Below, in pieces: positions 23,462-34,548 of a stretch of DNA of 64,000 nucleotides. Source of the DNA: Chiloscyllium plagiosum (taxonomy: Eukaryota); NCBI RefSeq assembly GCF_004010195.1, contig NC_057718.1, positions 88,988,229 through 89,052,228 on the forward strand. Direction: 5' to 3'. The position numbers and the translations under genes are program-made. The notes beneath the pieces were generated by a model that did not search any database, had not been told where the DNA came from, and was given only the letters and a program-made list of their open reading frames with translations. Position 1 is the first letter of the stretch, and each line of letters begins with the position of its first letter.

Positions 23462-24485
23462 GGTGCACCTCAGTTTAAAGATGCACAATTTGATGGTCCA
23501 CTAGATGTAGTGAGGAGTTGGAGAGAGCGATACTCCTCCTTATCAGTGGAAGAAAGAACCCTATTGCTGCTTCAGAGAAGGCCTGGCTGGAGAAACTGTG
23601 TCTATTTACCTGATCTGTTCCCCTCATGATTTTATAAACCTCTATAAGGTCACCCCTCAGTCTCCAAGTCTCCAGCCTCAACCTATTCAGCTTCTCCCGA
23701 TAGCTCAAACCCTCCAACCCTGGCAACATCCTTGTAAATCTTTTCTGAACCCTTTCAAGTTTTACAACATCCTTCCCATAGCAGGGAGACCAGAACTGCA
23801 CGCAATGTTCTATAAGTGGCCTACCCAAAATCCGGTACAGGCGCAACATGACCTCCCAACTCCTATACTCAATGCACTGGCCAATAAAGGAAAGCCTACC
23901 AACTGCCTTCTTTGCTATCCTATCTACCTGCGACTCCACTATGACTCCATGACCCATGAGGTCAGCAGTTGTTGTGTTGTGCTATACTTCTGCATTCAGT
24001 GCAGAAGGTCCTTAAATGACATAATCAAGTCAGGGAAAGGTAAACGCATTCACCTCCACATCTTTGCAGACATCACCCTACCATCTACACTCTGACTTAT
24101 CAGTCCAAGTCCACCCAAAGCTCATTGGTAACACGTAACCAGCAAGCGGACCCATCATTCTCTCTTCATGCACCTCCTCCGAGGTCACTGAAGTATTACT
24201 GAAGGGTTTGTTGTCGAAGGCTCAGCAGCGAGGCTGAGGCCGACCTACCTGATACATACTCAATCGGAGAATTCCCCCCGCCCTCCAAGTCAGTGGAGCC
24301 ACCTATTGGTCAATTCTTGCCCCGATGGGGAAAAGAGAGCACAAAATGTGAGGAAGAAGGCTGGAGGCGATGGTCTTCCACATGTTGTACAGTTCACAAC
24401 TGCAGAGATTGATACGCTCGAGATCAGTGACTTTCTAGAGTTGCGACTTTTAGAAATGGGAAACTCAGACCATCCCAGTCCCATG
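23462..24485 (+). pseudogene. Decayed Myb/SANT-like (NAIF1/MSANTD-type) gene of a PIF/Harbinger transposon
   Basis: Joined across a frameshift, a CR1 insert and a probable intron: GAPQFKDAQFDGPLDVVRSWR/AILLLISGRKNPIAASEKAWLE / EVSSCCVVLYFCIQCRRSLNDIIKSGK / EKRAQNVRKKAGGDGLPHVVQFTTAEIDTLEI. Confidence 0.6.
23596..23957 (-). mobile_element. CR1 fragment inserted in the Myb/SANT relic
   Basis: ORF 23475-23957(-): VESQVDRIAKKA..HCVQFWSP..LERVQKRFTRML. Confidence 0.9.
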
Positions 24486-24679
24486 GTAACAGAGCTGAAA
24501 AGCAGTGACCCACATGTTGTCATGTAGACTTGGTTTCTGCAATGAGTGAAACGTGATCATCTTCAAGACGGTATGTTACAACATTGTCACTTTGCCAGTA
24601 TTAAATCATACCTTTCCTTTCTGCCAGGACCACCATATAGAACAGTGATTAGTGGATAATTTAAACTCAGATACCCATG

Positions 24680-25060
24680 TTTCAATTGCTCTAACTCACC
24701 TCCTGACTCCCCAAAGTCTGTCCACCATCTACAAGGCACAAGACAGGAGAGTGATGGAATACTCCCCACTTGCCTGGAGGGGTGCAGCCCCAACAACACT
24801 GAAGAAGCTCGACACCATCCAGAACAAAGCAGCACGCATGATTGGCATCACATCCCGAGCATCCAGTCCCTCCACCGCCAACCATCAGTAGCAGCAGTGT
24901 GTACCATCAACAAAGATGTGCTGCAGAAATTTGCCGACAATCCTTAGGTAGTACCTTCCAAACCTATGACCATTCCCATCTAGAACAACAAGAGCAGCAG
25001 ATACACAGATACACCACCACCTGCAAGTACCCCACCATCCTGACTTGGAAATTCATCATT
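24680..25060 (+). mobile_element. CR1/L2-clade LINE (second family) 3' fragment
   Basis: LTHLLTPQSLSTIYKAQDRRVMEYSPLAWRGAAPTTLKKLDTIQNKAARMI. Confidence 0.75.
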
Positions 25061-25124
25061 GGAGATTCGAGGGGGTTGCATCATCCACTCCAACCTCCCT
25101 CCCCACCCTCCCCTTCTCGAGATT

Positions 25125-25465
25125 TATAAAATCAAGCGGGACCTAGATAAGGTGTATAACAAAGGTCTTTTCCCCAGGGTATAAGAGTTCAAAATCAGAG
25201 GGCATAATTTCAATGTGAGAGGAGAAAGATTTAAAAGGGACCTGAGGGGCAACTTTTTCATACAGAGAACCATTCATATGTGAAATGAACTGCTAGAGGA
25301 AGTGGTAGATGCAGGTACAGTTTAAAATACTCTTGGAGCTGTATATGAATAGGAAAGATTTAGAGAGATATGTACCAAATGCAGACAAATGGGACGAATT
25401 AGTTCGGGAAATTTATGGATGAGTTGGACCAAAGGGTCTGTTTCTTTGTTGTGTGACTGGATGAC
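25125..25465 (+). mobile_element. CR1 3' fragment
   Basis: aaaagggacctgaggggcaactttttca..gttggaccaaagggtctgttt. Confidence 0.85.
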
Positions 25466-25877
25466 TGTATAACCAGATCTGTTCAGAACCACACCTTCTG
25501 CACACCATCCATATGCTCAATGATACATCTGGTTTTCACCGATCAATAGTGAAGGTAGGGCAATATATGTCTAAGTCAAGGTTCTGGGTGACTTGGAGGA
25601 GACCTTGGAGGTGTTCGTAAGCCTGTGCAGCTGCTGCCCTTGTACTTCCAGGTGTTAGAGGTCACAGTTTAGATGATTCTGTTGAAGTAGCCTTGGTAAT
25701 TGCTGTAGGGTATCTTATATATAGTACAGAGTGTAGCCATGAGATAGTGGGAATGAATATTTGTGGTGTTAGATGCAGTGCCAATCAATTGGGCTCCCTT
25801 GTCTTGGATGGGTTAAAGATTGCTGTGTGCTGTTGGAGCTGCACTCATTCAGGTAGGTGGGGAACATTTCATCATGC

Positions 25878-27440
25878 TGTTATGAAAATACTTCATATTT
25901 AATCATTTTTATGGAGTTGGTTTAAAGGATTGTGGACCTATCTGGATTGTTTTATTTTTAAAGGACAATGAAAAGACACATTGACACTTTTTTTAAGCTA
26001 GTCATTTCTTGGACACCAGATGAATCCAGTATTGATTTCTTGAACTTATTTTAGGGAAAACATCTTACTCTTTGACTACTGGGTTTTATGGCCGTTGTGC
26101 TTGAACTGTGTTTTGGAGATAACATTTAGATTTTTCAGTTGAAGAAAACTTGTGACAGAATAAGCTGTTCAGCTGTTGACTTCTGTTTCTGAATTAGCAT
26201 GAGTGGTGAATTCAATGTGAAGCCTAATTGTTCTTCTGGAATAGTGACTGAAAGAGCTTCTTCATCTTACACTGAACAAGCTCTGTCTGCCAAGACCCGA
26301 GGGACAGTCGTGTGAGAGTAGAGCCTGCATTCACAACACCATCAGATCAACAGGCTTTGGATCATCTACACCTTATCATTTTTCCTTCAAGAATTACCAC
26401 CATTGACCAGAAAGTATTCTTTTTAAAGTGCATCTGTGCAAAGAAAAATCAATTCCACCCCCTTCCCCCCCACCACTTCACCTGATGGGTGTATATTTAC
26501 ATGGATGTTAGTCTGATTTTGCAGATCCATCAGGATGCTTGTAGGACTTAATTTGTGATCTCTAATCAGCTGGGTTCAGTTTGAAGAGTTCCTGCAGCTA
26601 ACCTCCAATGGCATATAACACTGTTTACATTGTCTCCCAGACACAAAGGGATCATTCACTCCTTGTGGCCTCTCAAACTCAGGGACTTTGCACAGATTCT
26701 CAATCTGGGTCTCCTAGGGCTGCTCATTACTGAGAGGCTTTACTCTCACATGACTGTCCCTGGGGTCTTGACAGACAGAGCTTGCTCAGTGTAAGACTGA
26801 GAAGCACTTTCAGTCACTATTCCAGATTCCACTGTCATCTCTCACTTTGAACTGTACTTTTCAATACTGACCCAGTCTGGAACTCTGCTCTAATTCCCCA
26901 GTTGTTGCCTTTCTCTCTTGCTTTCTTCCTCTGTCTCTTCACGAGGCTTCTCCGGTTCAGGCTGCCAGTCTGACTAGCTATCCAGCAGTCACATTCCTGT
27001 TTCTTAATGAAGCCCTGATTATCTATTTCTCCTTTGTCCTTTGCTCATGGCCTCACACTCTGCTCTACCCCAAACTTGCCAAACACACTTCTCCCTCACA
27101 GGAGGCAGTCCGGAGAAACTGGTGACCTCTCCCCCACTATTGCCACCTGCTTGTTGGAGTATGTTTTTGGTTAGTTAGAGGAGTAAATTTTTTTTTCATA
27201 TTACAAATTGCATATATTAACTAGTTCTGCATATTCATTGAATGGGGCGAGTTTCATAGTAAATTAATAATTCTATGTTTATTAAAGAACCTGGTTGTTA
27301 CATCTTTTCATTTTAAGACTAAAATAGACAAAATATATGATCGGTCACATTGGGACTTAAGGATAGTGTTTGATTTCATTTTATGGCCTGTGGAGTAGTG
27401 GGGCTGACCTTTAGTGCACTTCTCCCAGATCAGTCATGAC
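25878..27440 (+). mobile_element. Possible solo LTR-like insertion
   Basis: Begins TGTTATGA, ends cagtcatgac, interrupts the LINE, and shares gaacctggt and tgtggagta motifs with 42716-43760. Confidence 0.35.
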
Positions 27441-27963
27441 TTATGTCTTGTCCATGTTAGACAGGGTTTGGGGAATCCAAAGTTATGTTACTTGCTGCAG
27501 AATTGCCAATATCTAACTTGTTCTAGTCATCACAATGTTTCTGTAAGTGATTGAGTGAAGATCTTGTTCAATGGTGAACCCTTGGATATTTCTGGTAGGC
27601 AAATCTGATCTTCATAATGCCACAGATTGTCAAAGAGTGCCTTCTAGATTCTATCTTTCTTGTTGGAGGTGGGTATTGCCTGGCACTTGGGTAGGATGAA
27701 TGCCACAATCCATATATTAGTCCAAGTTTGAACATTGGTGAGGACCTATTGCATGCAAGTGCGGACTGATTCAATATCGAAGCAATTGCGAAAGAATGGC
27801 AGGACATTAATGAAGCAGCTGAAAATTGTTGGGCCATAGACACTGCCCTAAGAAATCACTGCAGCAATGTCATGAGGCTAAAATAATTGCCCTCAAAACA
27901 AAATAACTTCCTTTGCTCTAGGTAAGTCTGCAATGAGTGATGAATTTTCCAGCAAACCTATTA

Positions 27964-28639
27964 CAGGGGAATCTCGATAAACTGAACAAGATGGGCAGGC
28001 ACTATTTTGTTCGGATAATGGATTATTCGGTTAATCGATTAAATGCCTTTCCTCTGAGGGTTGGAGTTTTTAATGTCTGCTGCCCGTTCAGGGGACGAGG
28101 CAGCAGCACACAGCGCACGAGCCCTGCCCCTGCCCCCATCCAACACCGCCCCCCCCCCGCCCCCGTCCAACACTGCCACCATCCCCACCTGTACGAACAC
28201 CCCCATCCACCCCCCGCCCCCTCTCCGGGGCAGCTGGACTAGACACCAACAACAAGACTGATGCTGCTGCCTTTGTGGGGTATGTTTCGCGTGCGCACAC
28301 ACACATACACACAGCCACAGCCACACGCACAACTTTTTACTGCAACTTTTTGACAGATTCCACCTCTGCCCTATATAGGACAATGTTAGAGAGATTATGT
28401 GGAGAAGGGGAGTTTAGGGTACACCTCTCTGTAGAACTCCAATGGAAGTGTGGGAGGAGAGAGAGAGAGGGTGGGCAGTCAGTCATTTGGAGACGGTGCC
28501 TGTTTAAACACTGTAAACAAAAGACATGATCACTGTCGAAAACACGTCTTTGATGTGATGTTTCTATCAGGACCTCGAGATCTCCCTTGGATAATCCGAT
28601 TTTTGGATAATTGGTGTTCGGATAATCGAGGTTTCTCAG
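27964..28639. mobile_element. Tc1/mariner (Tigger/pogo-like) MITE
   Basis: TA-caggggaatctcgataaactgaac ... gttcggataatcgaggtttctcag-TA: imperfect ~24-bp TIRs, TA TSD, subterminal ggataat repeats. Confidence 0.75.
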
Positions 28640-29689
28640 TATTTTCATTTTTTTTTAAATCAGGGTTTCTTTGCATGCAATACAAAATGCTGCCTGGATT
28701 TTAAGGGCAAATGCTCTCACTTCACTTCTGAAATTCAGATTGTTTGGTCTATATTTGGACCAAGGACGTAATGAGGCTAGAGCAGAATGGTCTGGCAGAA
28801 TTCAAACAGAGCTTTGGTGAGCAAACGCTTTCTGTGTTATTGTGGCTTGAAAGTATTATTGATGAGACCGTCCATCACTTTGCCATTAATCAGGAGTGGA
28901 CTGATGGGTCCTTAGGAGCCAGGTTTGCTTCACCTTGCTGTTATTGTGGGCAGGGCACATCCGGGCAATTTTCCATTTTGTCTAGCAGCTGAGGTAATGG
29001 GATCAAGCTCTGGAACACAAGCCTTTGGCGCTAACAGTGGAGTGTTATTAGGGTCCACAAACTTGCACAGCCCACTGCGCTCAGCAATGTTTTGATGCCT
29101 TGTGTTACCCGATTCAAACCAGCTGAAGACTGACTTTGCTGAAGAGGCTGAGGTGGATCATTAGGAATTAATAACAAGTGTCAGCCTTGCCAGCAATGAA
29201 CACAATTCCAAGACAGAGTAAAAAAGAATCACTCGACACTTTTGACTTAAAGGTAGTTGCAAATACTTCAGCCTTGACTTCTGCACTTGTGTGCTGGGCT
29301 TCGTCAGTGTTGAGCTTGGCGATGTTTCTACAGTCTCCGCCTCCTCCAGTTAACTGTTCAATTAACTGCTGGATAGTCACTGCTGGATATGTCACAATTG
29401 CAGAGCTTCCTTCTAATGCGTGCAATTGCTTTTCTCTGTCTTTGGCATGTTATTTTGTTGCTTAAGGTGTGTGCTCATCATAAGTGGGGCTAATTTCCGT
29501 GTGCTCTTCTACATCCTTCATTGCAGACCACCGGCCGCGACAGTAATGCGACAGCCAGGCACAGCTTCACAAATTAAGGCAAAATGCGATTGTACTGTTG
29601 TAGCCCACAGCATCTCGTGGACATCCAGTTTTTTTATTCACTAGATCTCTTCTGAATTTATTGCATTTAGGACAATAAGGTCACAAAGC

Positions 29690-30420
29690 CACAGAGTCAT
29701 TAAGGTGCAGAAAGAGGTCATTTGGCCCGTTGAGTCTATACTAGCTCTCCAGACTAATCCAGTATTCTTTTATCCCTGCAAGTTCATTTCTTTCAAGTGT
29801 CCAACCAGATTCTTTTTGAACTCATTAATCCTCTAGCTATGGCTACTCTGCTTTAGATCATTACCACTTTCTATTAAAAAATTCTTCTTCACAGCCATAC
29901 TGCATTTCTTGCCCAAAATCTTAACACTGTGCCCACTCACCCATGTGTAATCACCTGCTGGGAGCACCTGATCACCTGATCAAAACCTGTCATAATCTTC
30001 TATCTCTCTATTAGATCTCTTTTAAACTCTAGCTTCCCCAACCTAACTGTATGTAGTTGAATTTCCTTGATCTGTGATAAATATCCTGAAAAATCTCCTT
30101 CTCATTTTCTCGTGGACCTTATTCACCTTTGTAAAATGCGGTGACCAGAACTGGATGCAATATTTTAGTTGTGGCCTAAGCAGAACTTTCTAAATCTTCA
30201 CTGTCACTTCTCTGCTTTAGCTCTATATGAAGATTATGATTCTATATACCTTGTTATCTACTTTCTCAAGATATCCTATATTCAACGATCTACGCACATG
30301 AGCCTAAAGTCCTTCTGGCCCTGCACGCTCTCTTTAGAACTGTACCATTAAGTATATTTCGCTTTTCCTTACCCCATCAATTCAAATGCATCAGCTCACA
30401 TTTCTCTGTATTACATCCCA
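29690..30420 (-). mobile_element. Old CR1 3' fragment
   Basis: ggtgaccagaactggatgcaatatt is the reverse of a YCIQFWSP motif. Confidence 0.6.
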
Positions 30421-30765
30421 AAATCACTGTGAATAGATGCATCTATGGAGGTCGGCTGGTGAGGACATGAGTGAACAGATTGTCCCTCTTGTTGGTCTTC
30501 TCATTATCTGCTGCAAAGCCCATCTGTTATCGATGTCCTTCAGAATTTGTTCAGCTTGACCAGTGGTGATACGACTCAGTCCTTATAATTAAAGGGTACT
30601 GTGGTCCATTGTAATGAGACTATGTAACTTGTAATGATGGTGTGCAGTGATGCCAACACTGTACTTGGAATTGCATCTGTTAGCTGTTTCAGTGATACCA
30701 AGTCTAGCTGATTATTTGTTGCGTAACAGCCCCAGTATTTGACATTTCGCCTGATGTAGATTGTA

Positions 30766-30892
30766 ATGAAGAAGGGCTTACGCTTGAAACATCAACTCTC
30801 CTGCTTCTCGGACGCTGCCTGACTGGCTGTGCTTTTCCAGCACCACACTCTTTGATTCTGATCTCCAGCATCTTCAGAGCTCACTTTCTCCT
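30766..30892 (+). mobile_element. PLE family A terminus with decayed hammerhead
   Basis: tgaagaagggcttacgcttgaaacatc..cagcatcttcagagctcactttctc. Confidence 0.75.
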
Positions 30893-31038
30893 CATCGACT
30901 GTACTGATACTAATACATGAAAGATTGCTTCTGAATGCAGGTATAATGACTGGATTTGTATGATTGCTGGTGCGTTGAGATGATTACATGACTGGTTGAG
31001 TCTGATTTTCAGATGTAATTATATACTCCTCTGGCTAA

Positions 31039-31153
31039 GGGCTGTTGTGGCGTAGTGGTAGTGCCCCTGCCTCTGAGCTATCAGACCCAGGTTCAAATCC
31101 CACCTGCTCCAGTGATGTATCTCAGCATATTTGTCCAGGTCAATAAAAAAAAT
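31039..31153 (+). mobile_element. Short tRNA-derived SINE
   Basis: A box tggcgtagtgg, B box ggttcaaatcc, A-rich end; related copies near 5306-5402 (+) and 10690-10785 (-). Confidence 0.6.
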
Positions 31154-31525
31154 TTCTGTCTTTCTCTGATTGATTGGCCTTCTTTACACCACATGGGAGA
31201 GTTTCCAGAAGGATATTAACATACCCAAGTCATTCTATCTGACCCAGAACCTCTGCGTATAACAAAGGCAACTCTCAGGACTGATGTGGAGAAATTTAAC
31301 GTGGTACTGAATCTCTCACCTCTCCACGTTTGATACAGAGCTAAACCGTGGAGCACAGTAATGTTACTAACATGGGTTCAATCTCAGTAACTGACTGTAG
31401 TAGTCACTCAACGTGAAGTTGTGGCCTATCCTGCACATAACCATTCTCCAATGGAGAGAGATGCCTTGGTCTTTTGTGAGACTAATGATGTAATTACCTC
31501 TGTGGCGAAGTTTTATAGCTTAGGT

Positions 31526-31755
31526 TGATGATAAGTATGTAAGTTTGCTCGCTGAGCTGGAAGGTTTGTTTTCACCATACGAGGTAACATTATCAGTGAG
31601 AGTCTCCGGTGAAGCTCTGGTGGTATGTCCAGCCTCTCTATTTATAGGTCTTGGTTTCTTCAGATGGGTGATGTCATTTCCGGTTCTTTTGTTTCTCAAG
31701 GGAAGGTAGATAGGATCTAAGTCGATGTGTTTATTGATGGAGTTCTGGTTAGAAC
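31526..31755 (-). mobile_element. Penelope 3' fragment (family E)
   Basis: Reverse complement encodes SINKHIDLDPIY, followed by a pLTR homologous to 40215-40490. Confidence 0.8.
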
Positions 31756-32327
31756 TTACATCCTTATAATTACCTCTCTTTCCTGAGGGAGTTCAGAGGC
31801 TGAATTTTGCAAGAGGTTGGCTGGGGGTTTGTGTAGAAAGCCCTTCTGTTCCTCCAAGTTCGCTGGAGTGCTGGTGAAAAGGGCAGCTTCCCTGCTGGAG
31901 CCAGGATCCTGTTCCGCTTCACTGCCACGTTTCCTAAGCAATGGTTTAATTTAATTTCCCAATTACACTGGAAATGCAGGATTTAAGCATGTGACAAAGT
32001 GTCTTACTTCTCATTGCCCAGGACATTTATATGGTTCACCAACTGCCTCCCTAAAAATGGTGGAGGTCATTTACATCTGGCTTTGGGATTGTGATTTGTG
32101 ACATTTACTGTTAGAATTTTCCTGTTCCTCCTTCCTGTGGCAGTTGAGGGAGGAAGAAAAGGTATGGGCAGATATTATTAATGATCCCAATGACTGAATG
32201 ACTGTCTTTACGATTGCTTCTTATCACCGTGAGAGAAGATGAACACTCATTTTTGGTATTCCAGTGATATACGGATCAGACTTTCTGATAAATAACAGTT
32301 CTGCTCTACTTTTCCAAAACCAGCTAA

Positions 32328-32515
32328 AACATCAACTGTGTTGGCCAAAGACCAACATTTCCTGTGACAATCCGGGAGCTAAATCCTACTTCCTGCTTTG
32401 TTGCAATTGGTTCTAATGTGAACTGTATCATGTACGGTTGTGTGTAGCATGGATAGGCTTTGAGGAAACTGTGTGACCACTGTCTATTGAGGATTTGCGT
32501 ATTGGAGTGGAGATG
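32328..32515 (+). repeat. ~185-bp local direct duplication, copy 1
   Basis: Matches 34371-34548 (actgtgttggccaaagaccaacatttcctgtgacaatcc..gcgtattggagtggaga). Confidence 0.92.
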
Positions 32516-33110
32516 CCTTACTGTAGTTATACAGGGCCTTGGTGAGGCCACACCTTGAGTATTGTGTGCAGCTCTGGTCTCCCAGTCTGTGGAAGAACAT
32601 TCTTACTACTGAGTGAGTCCAGTGAAGGTTCACCAGACTGATCCCTGGGATGGCAGGACTGACATATGAGGAAAGACTGGATTGACTGGGCTTGTACTCA
32701 CTGGAATTGAGAAGAATGAGGGGGGAGGAGTCTCATAGAAGCATATAAAATCCTGATGGGACTGTATAGTCTTGATGTGGGAAGAACGTTCCCGATGTTG
32801 GGGAAGTCCAGAGTTGGAAGACACAGTCTAAGAACAAGGGGTAAGGCATTCAGGACTGAAATGAGGAAGAATTTCTTCACTCAGAGAGTTGTGAACCTGT
32901 GGAATTCTATCCCACAGAAAGCTGTTGGGGCCAGTTTGTTAGATATATTCAGGAGGGAGCTGGACGTGAGCCTTGTGGCTAAAGGGATGATGGAGTATGG
33001 GGAGAAAGCGGGAGTGGGATACTGAGATTGTATGATCAACCACGGTCATATTGAATGGTGGGGCAGGCTCGAAGGGCTGAATGGCCTGCTCTTGCACCTA
33101 TTTTCTATGG
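32516..33110 (+). mobile_element. CR1 LINE 3' fragment, different subfamily
   Basis: gagtattgtgtgcagctctggtctcc; RTEMRKNFFTQRVVNLWNSIP. Confidence 0.88.
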
Positions 33111-33544
33111 TTTTATTCATGATTAATTAGTGATGGGTGGTCTGACACATGGCATCGGTCCTGTGCTTACTTTGCACTGTAGGTATATAGTTTAACCATC
33201 TGTTTCAGTAAGGGCACGCTCACATTCATTGAAATTAATGATAGAAACTTGAGTTTTGGGTTTCTTGGAATACAGAGTAGGACTTTTCCAAAACGAGGAA
33301 CGTTGTTGTGTGGTGGCCCTCAGCTCAGTTATAATTTCACACACTCCCTCCTCCACTACCCCCAAGTCAGAGTCCAGAAAACCCCATTGTGGCAAAGTGG
33401 AGAATTCTGGTTTTTGGATTTGAATTTGACATCCAACAGGTACTTGAATCAATGGGAGCAATGAGGTGAACCCTTCACTACTGATGGGATGATCCCATAA
33501 ACAACAACATGAAAATGACCAGATCAACTGGATTTAAATTCTGA

Positions 33545-33772
33545 ATGAGGAATCAATATTGGCCCAGGAGGAGGATGCTGCTGTTTGCAATACCACAGTG
33601 GAATCTTGCCATTCACCTGGAAACTTTGGTTTAGCATCCTGTCTGGAAGACAGCAACTGTTAGGCAACAGGGCTTTCCCCGTTCCGTACTGGAGTATCAA
33701 CCTGGATTCAACTCTCTGGAGTTGAACCCCTGACCTTCTCAATGAGAGGTGAGCGTGTGGCAACTGAGCCGT
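33545..33772 (-). mobile_element. Deu-domain SINE
   Basis: Reverse complement begins ggctcagttgccacacgctcacctc (tRNA-like head) and includes gtcttccagacaggatgctaaacc. Confidence 0.5.
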
Positions 33773-33806
33773 GGCAGATTCCTGCCTCAATGGATGACCA
33801 ATTTGA

Positions 33807-34152
33807 GGGCGGCACAGGTGGCTCAGTGGTTAGCACTGCTGCCTCACAGTGCCAGGGACCCAGGTTGAACTCCAGCCTCAGGCAGACTGTCTGGGCAGAG
33901 TTTGCACATTCTCCCCGTGTCTGCGTGGGTTTCCTCTGGGTGCTCCGGTTTCCTCCCACAGTCCAAAGATGTGCAGGTTAAGTGAATTGGCCATGCTAAA
34001 TTGCCCATAGTGTTCAGGGATATGTGGACTGAGTGCATTAGTTAGGAGTAAATGTAGAGTAGTAGGGGAATGGATCTGGGTGGGTTATTCTTTGGAGAGT
34101 CAGTGTGGACTTGTTGGGCCGAAGGGCCTGTTTCCACACTGTCAGGATTCTA
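33807..34152 (+). mobile_element. HE1-like SINE, near full length
   Basis: gggcggcacaggtggctcagtggttagcactgctgcctcacagtgccagggaccc head. Confidence 0.9.
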
Positions 34153-34370
34153 AATAAATGGGTACCACCAAGGGGTCTAAATTTTATCCATGGTTTCCGA
34201 GTCGCAATAGACTACAGTAACTCACACCCTGTGTCGTTTGAACTGAAACACTAATCCTTACGTCTGTTGTAACTGCAACTTCCAAACTCATTGTAGTTAA
34301 TGTCCACAAGGGCAGCAGATACATGGGAGCACCACCACTTGCACGATCCCATGCAAACCACACACACACA

Positions 34371-34548
34371 CACATCTACTGTGTTGGCCAAAGACCAACA
34401 TTTCCTGTGACAATCCAGGAACTAAATCCTACTTTCTGCTTTGTTGCAATTGGTTCTAATGCGAAATGTATCATGTACAGTCATGTGTAGCATGGAGAGG
34501 CTTTGAGGAAACGGTGTGACCACCGTCTATTGCGTATTGGAGTGGAGA
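34371..34548 (+). repeat. ~180-bp local direct duplication, copy 2
   Basis: Matches 32328-32515; starts right after a (CA)n tract. Confidence 0.92.

Larger units (their letters stand above)
25545..29680 (-). mobile_element. Long decayed LINE (second family) broken by later insertions
   Basis: Segments 25545-25877, 27440-27935 and 28690-29680 resemble 5480-6660; minus-strand HTSAEVKAEVFATTF. Confidence 0.55.

Noticed and set aside
27937..28529. Pro/Gly-rich ORFs
   Set aside because: They arise from the C-rich interior of a MITE.
30549..30561. GTTCAgctTGACC as an autoregulatory estrogen response element
   Set aside because: One mismatch to the consensus; expected by chance in 64 kb; no other support.
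33807..33880. tRNA gene
   Set aside because: A and B boxes continue into a SINE body; no cloverleaf acceptor stem. The same applies to 31039-31110.
32328..34548. Duplicated 185-bp segments as an LTR pair
   Set aside because: No TG..CA termini, PBS, PPT or internal gag/pol.
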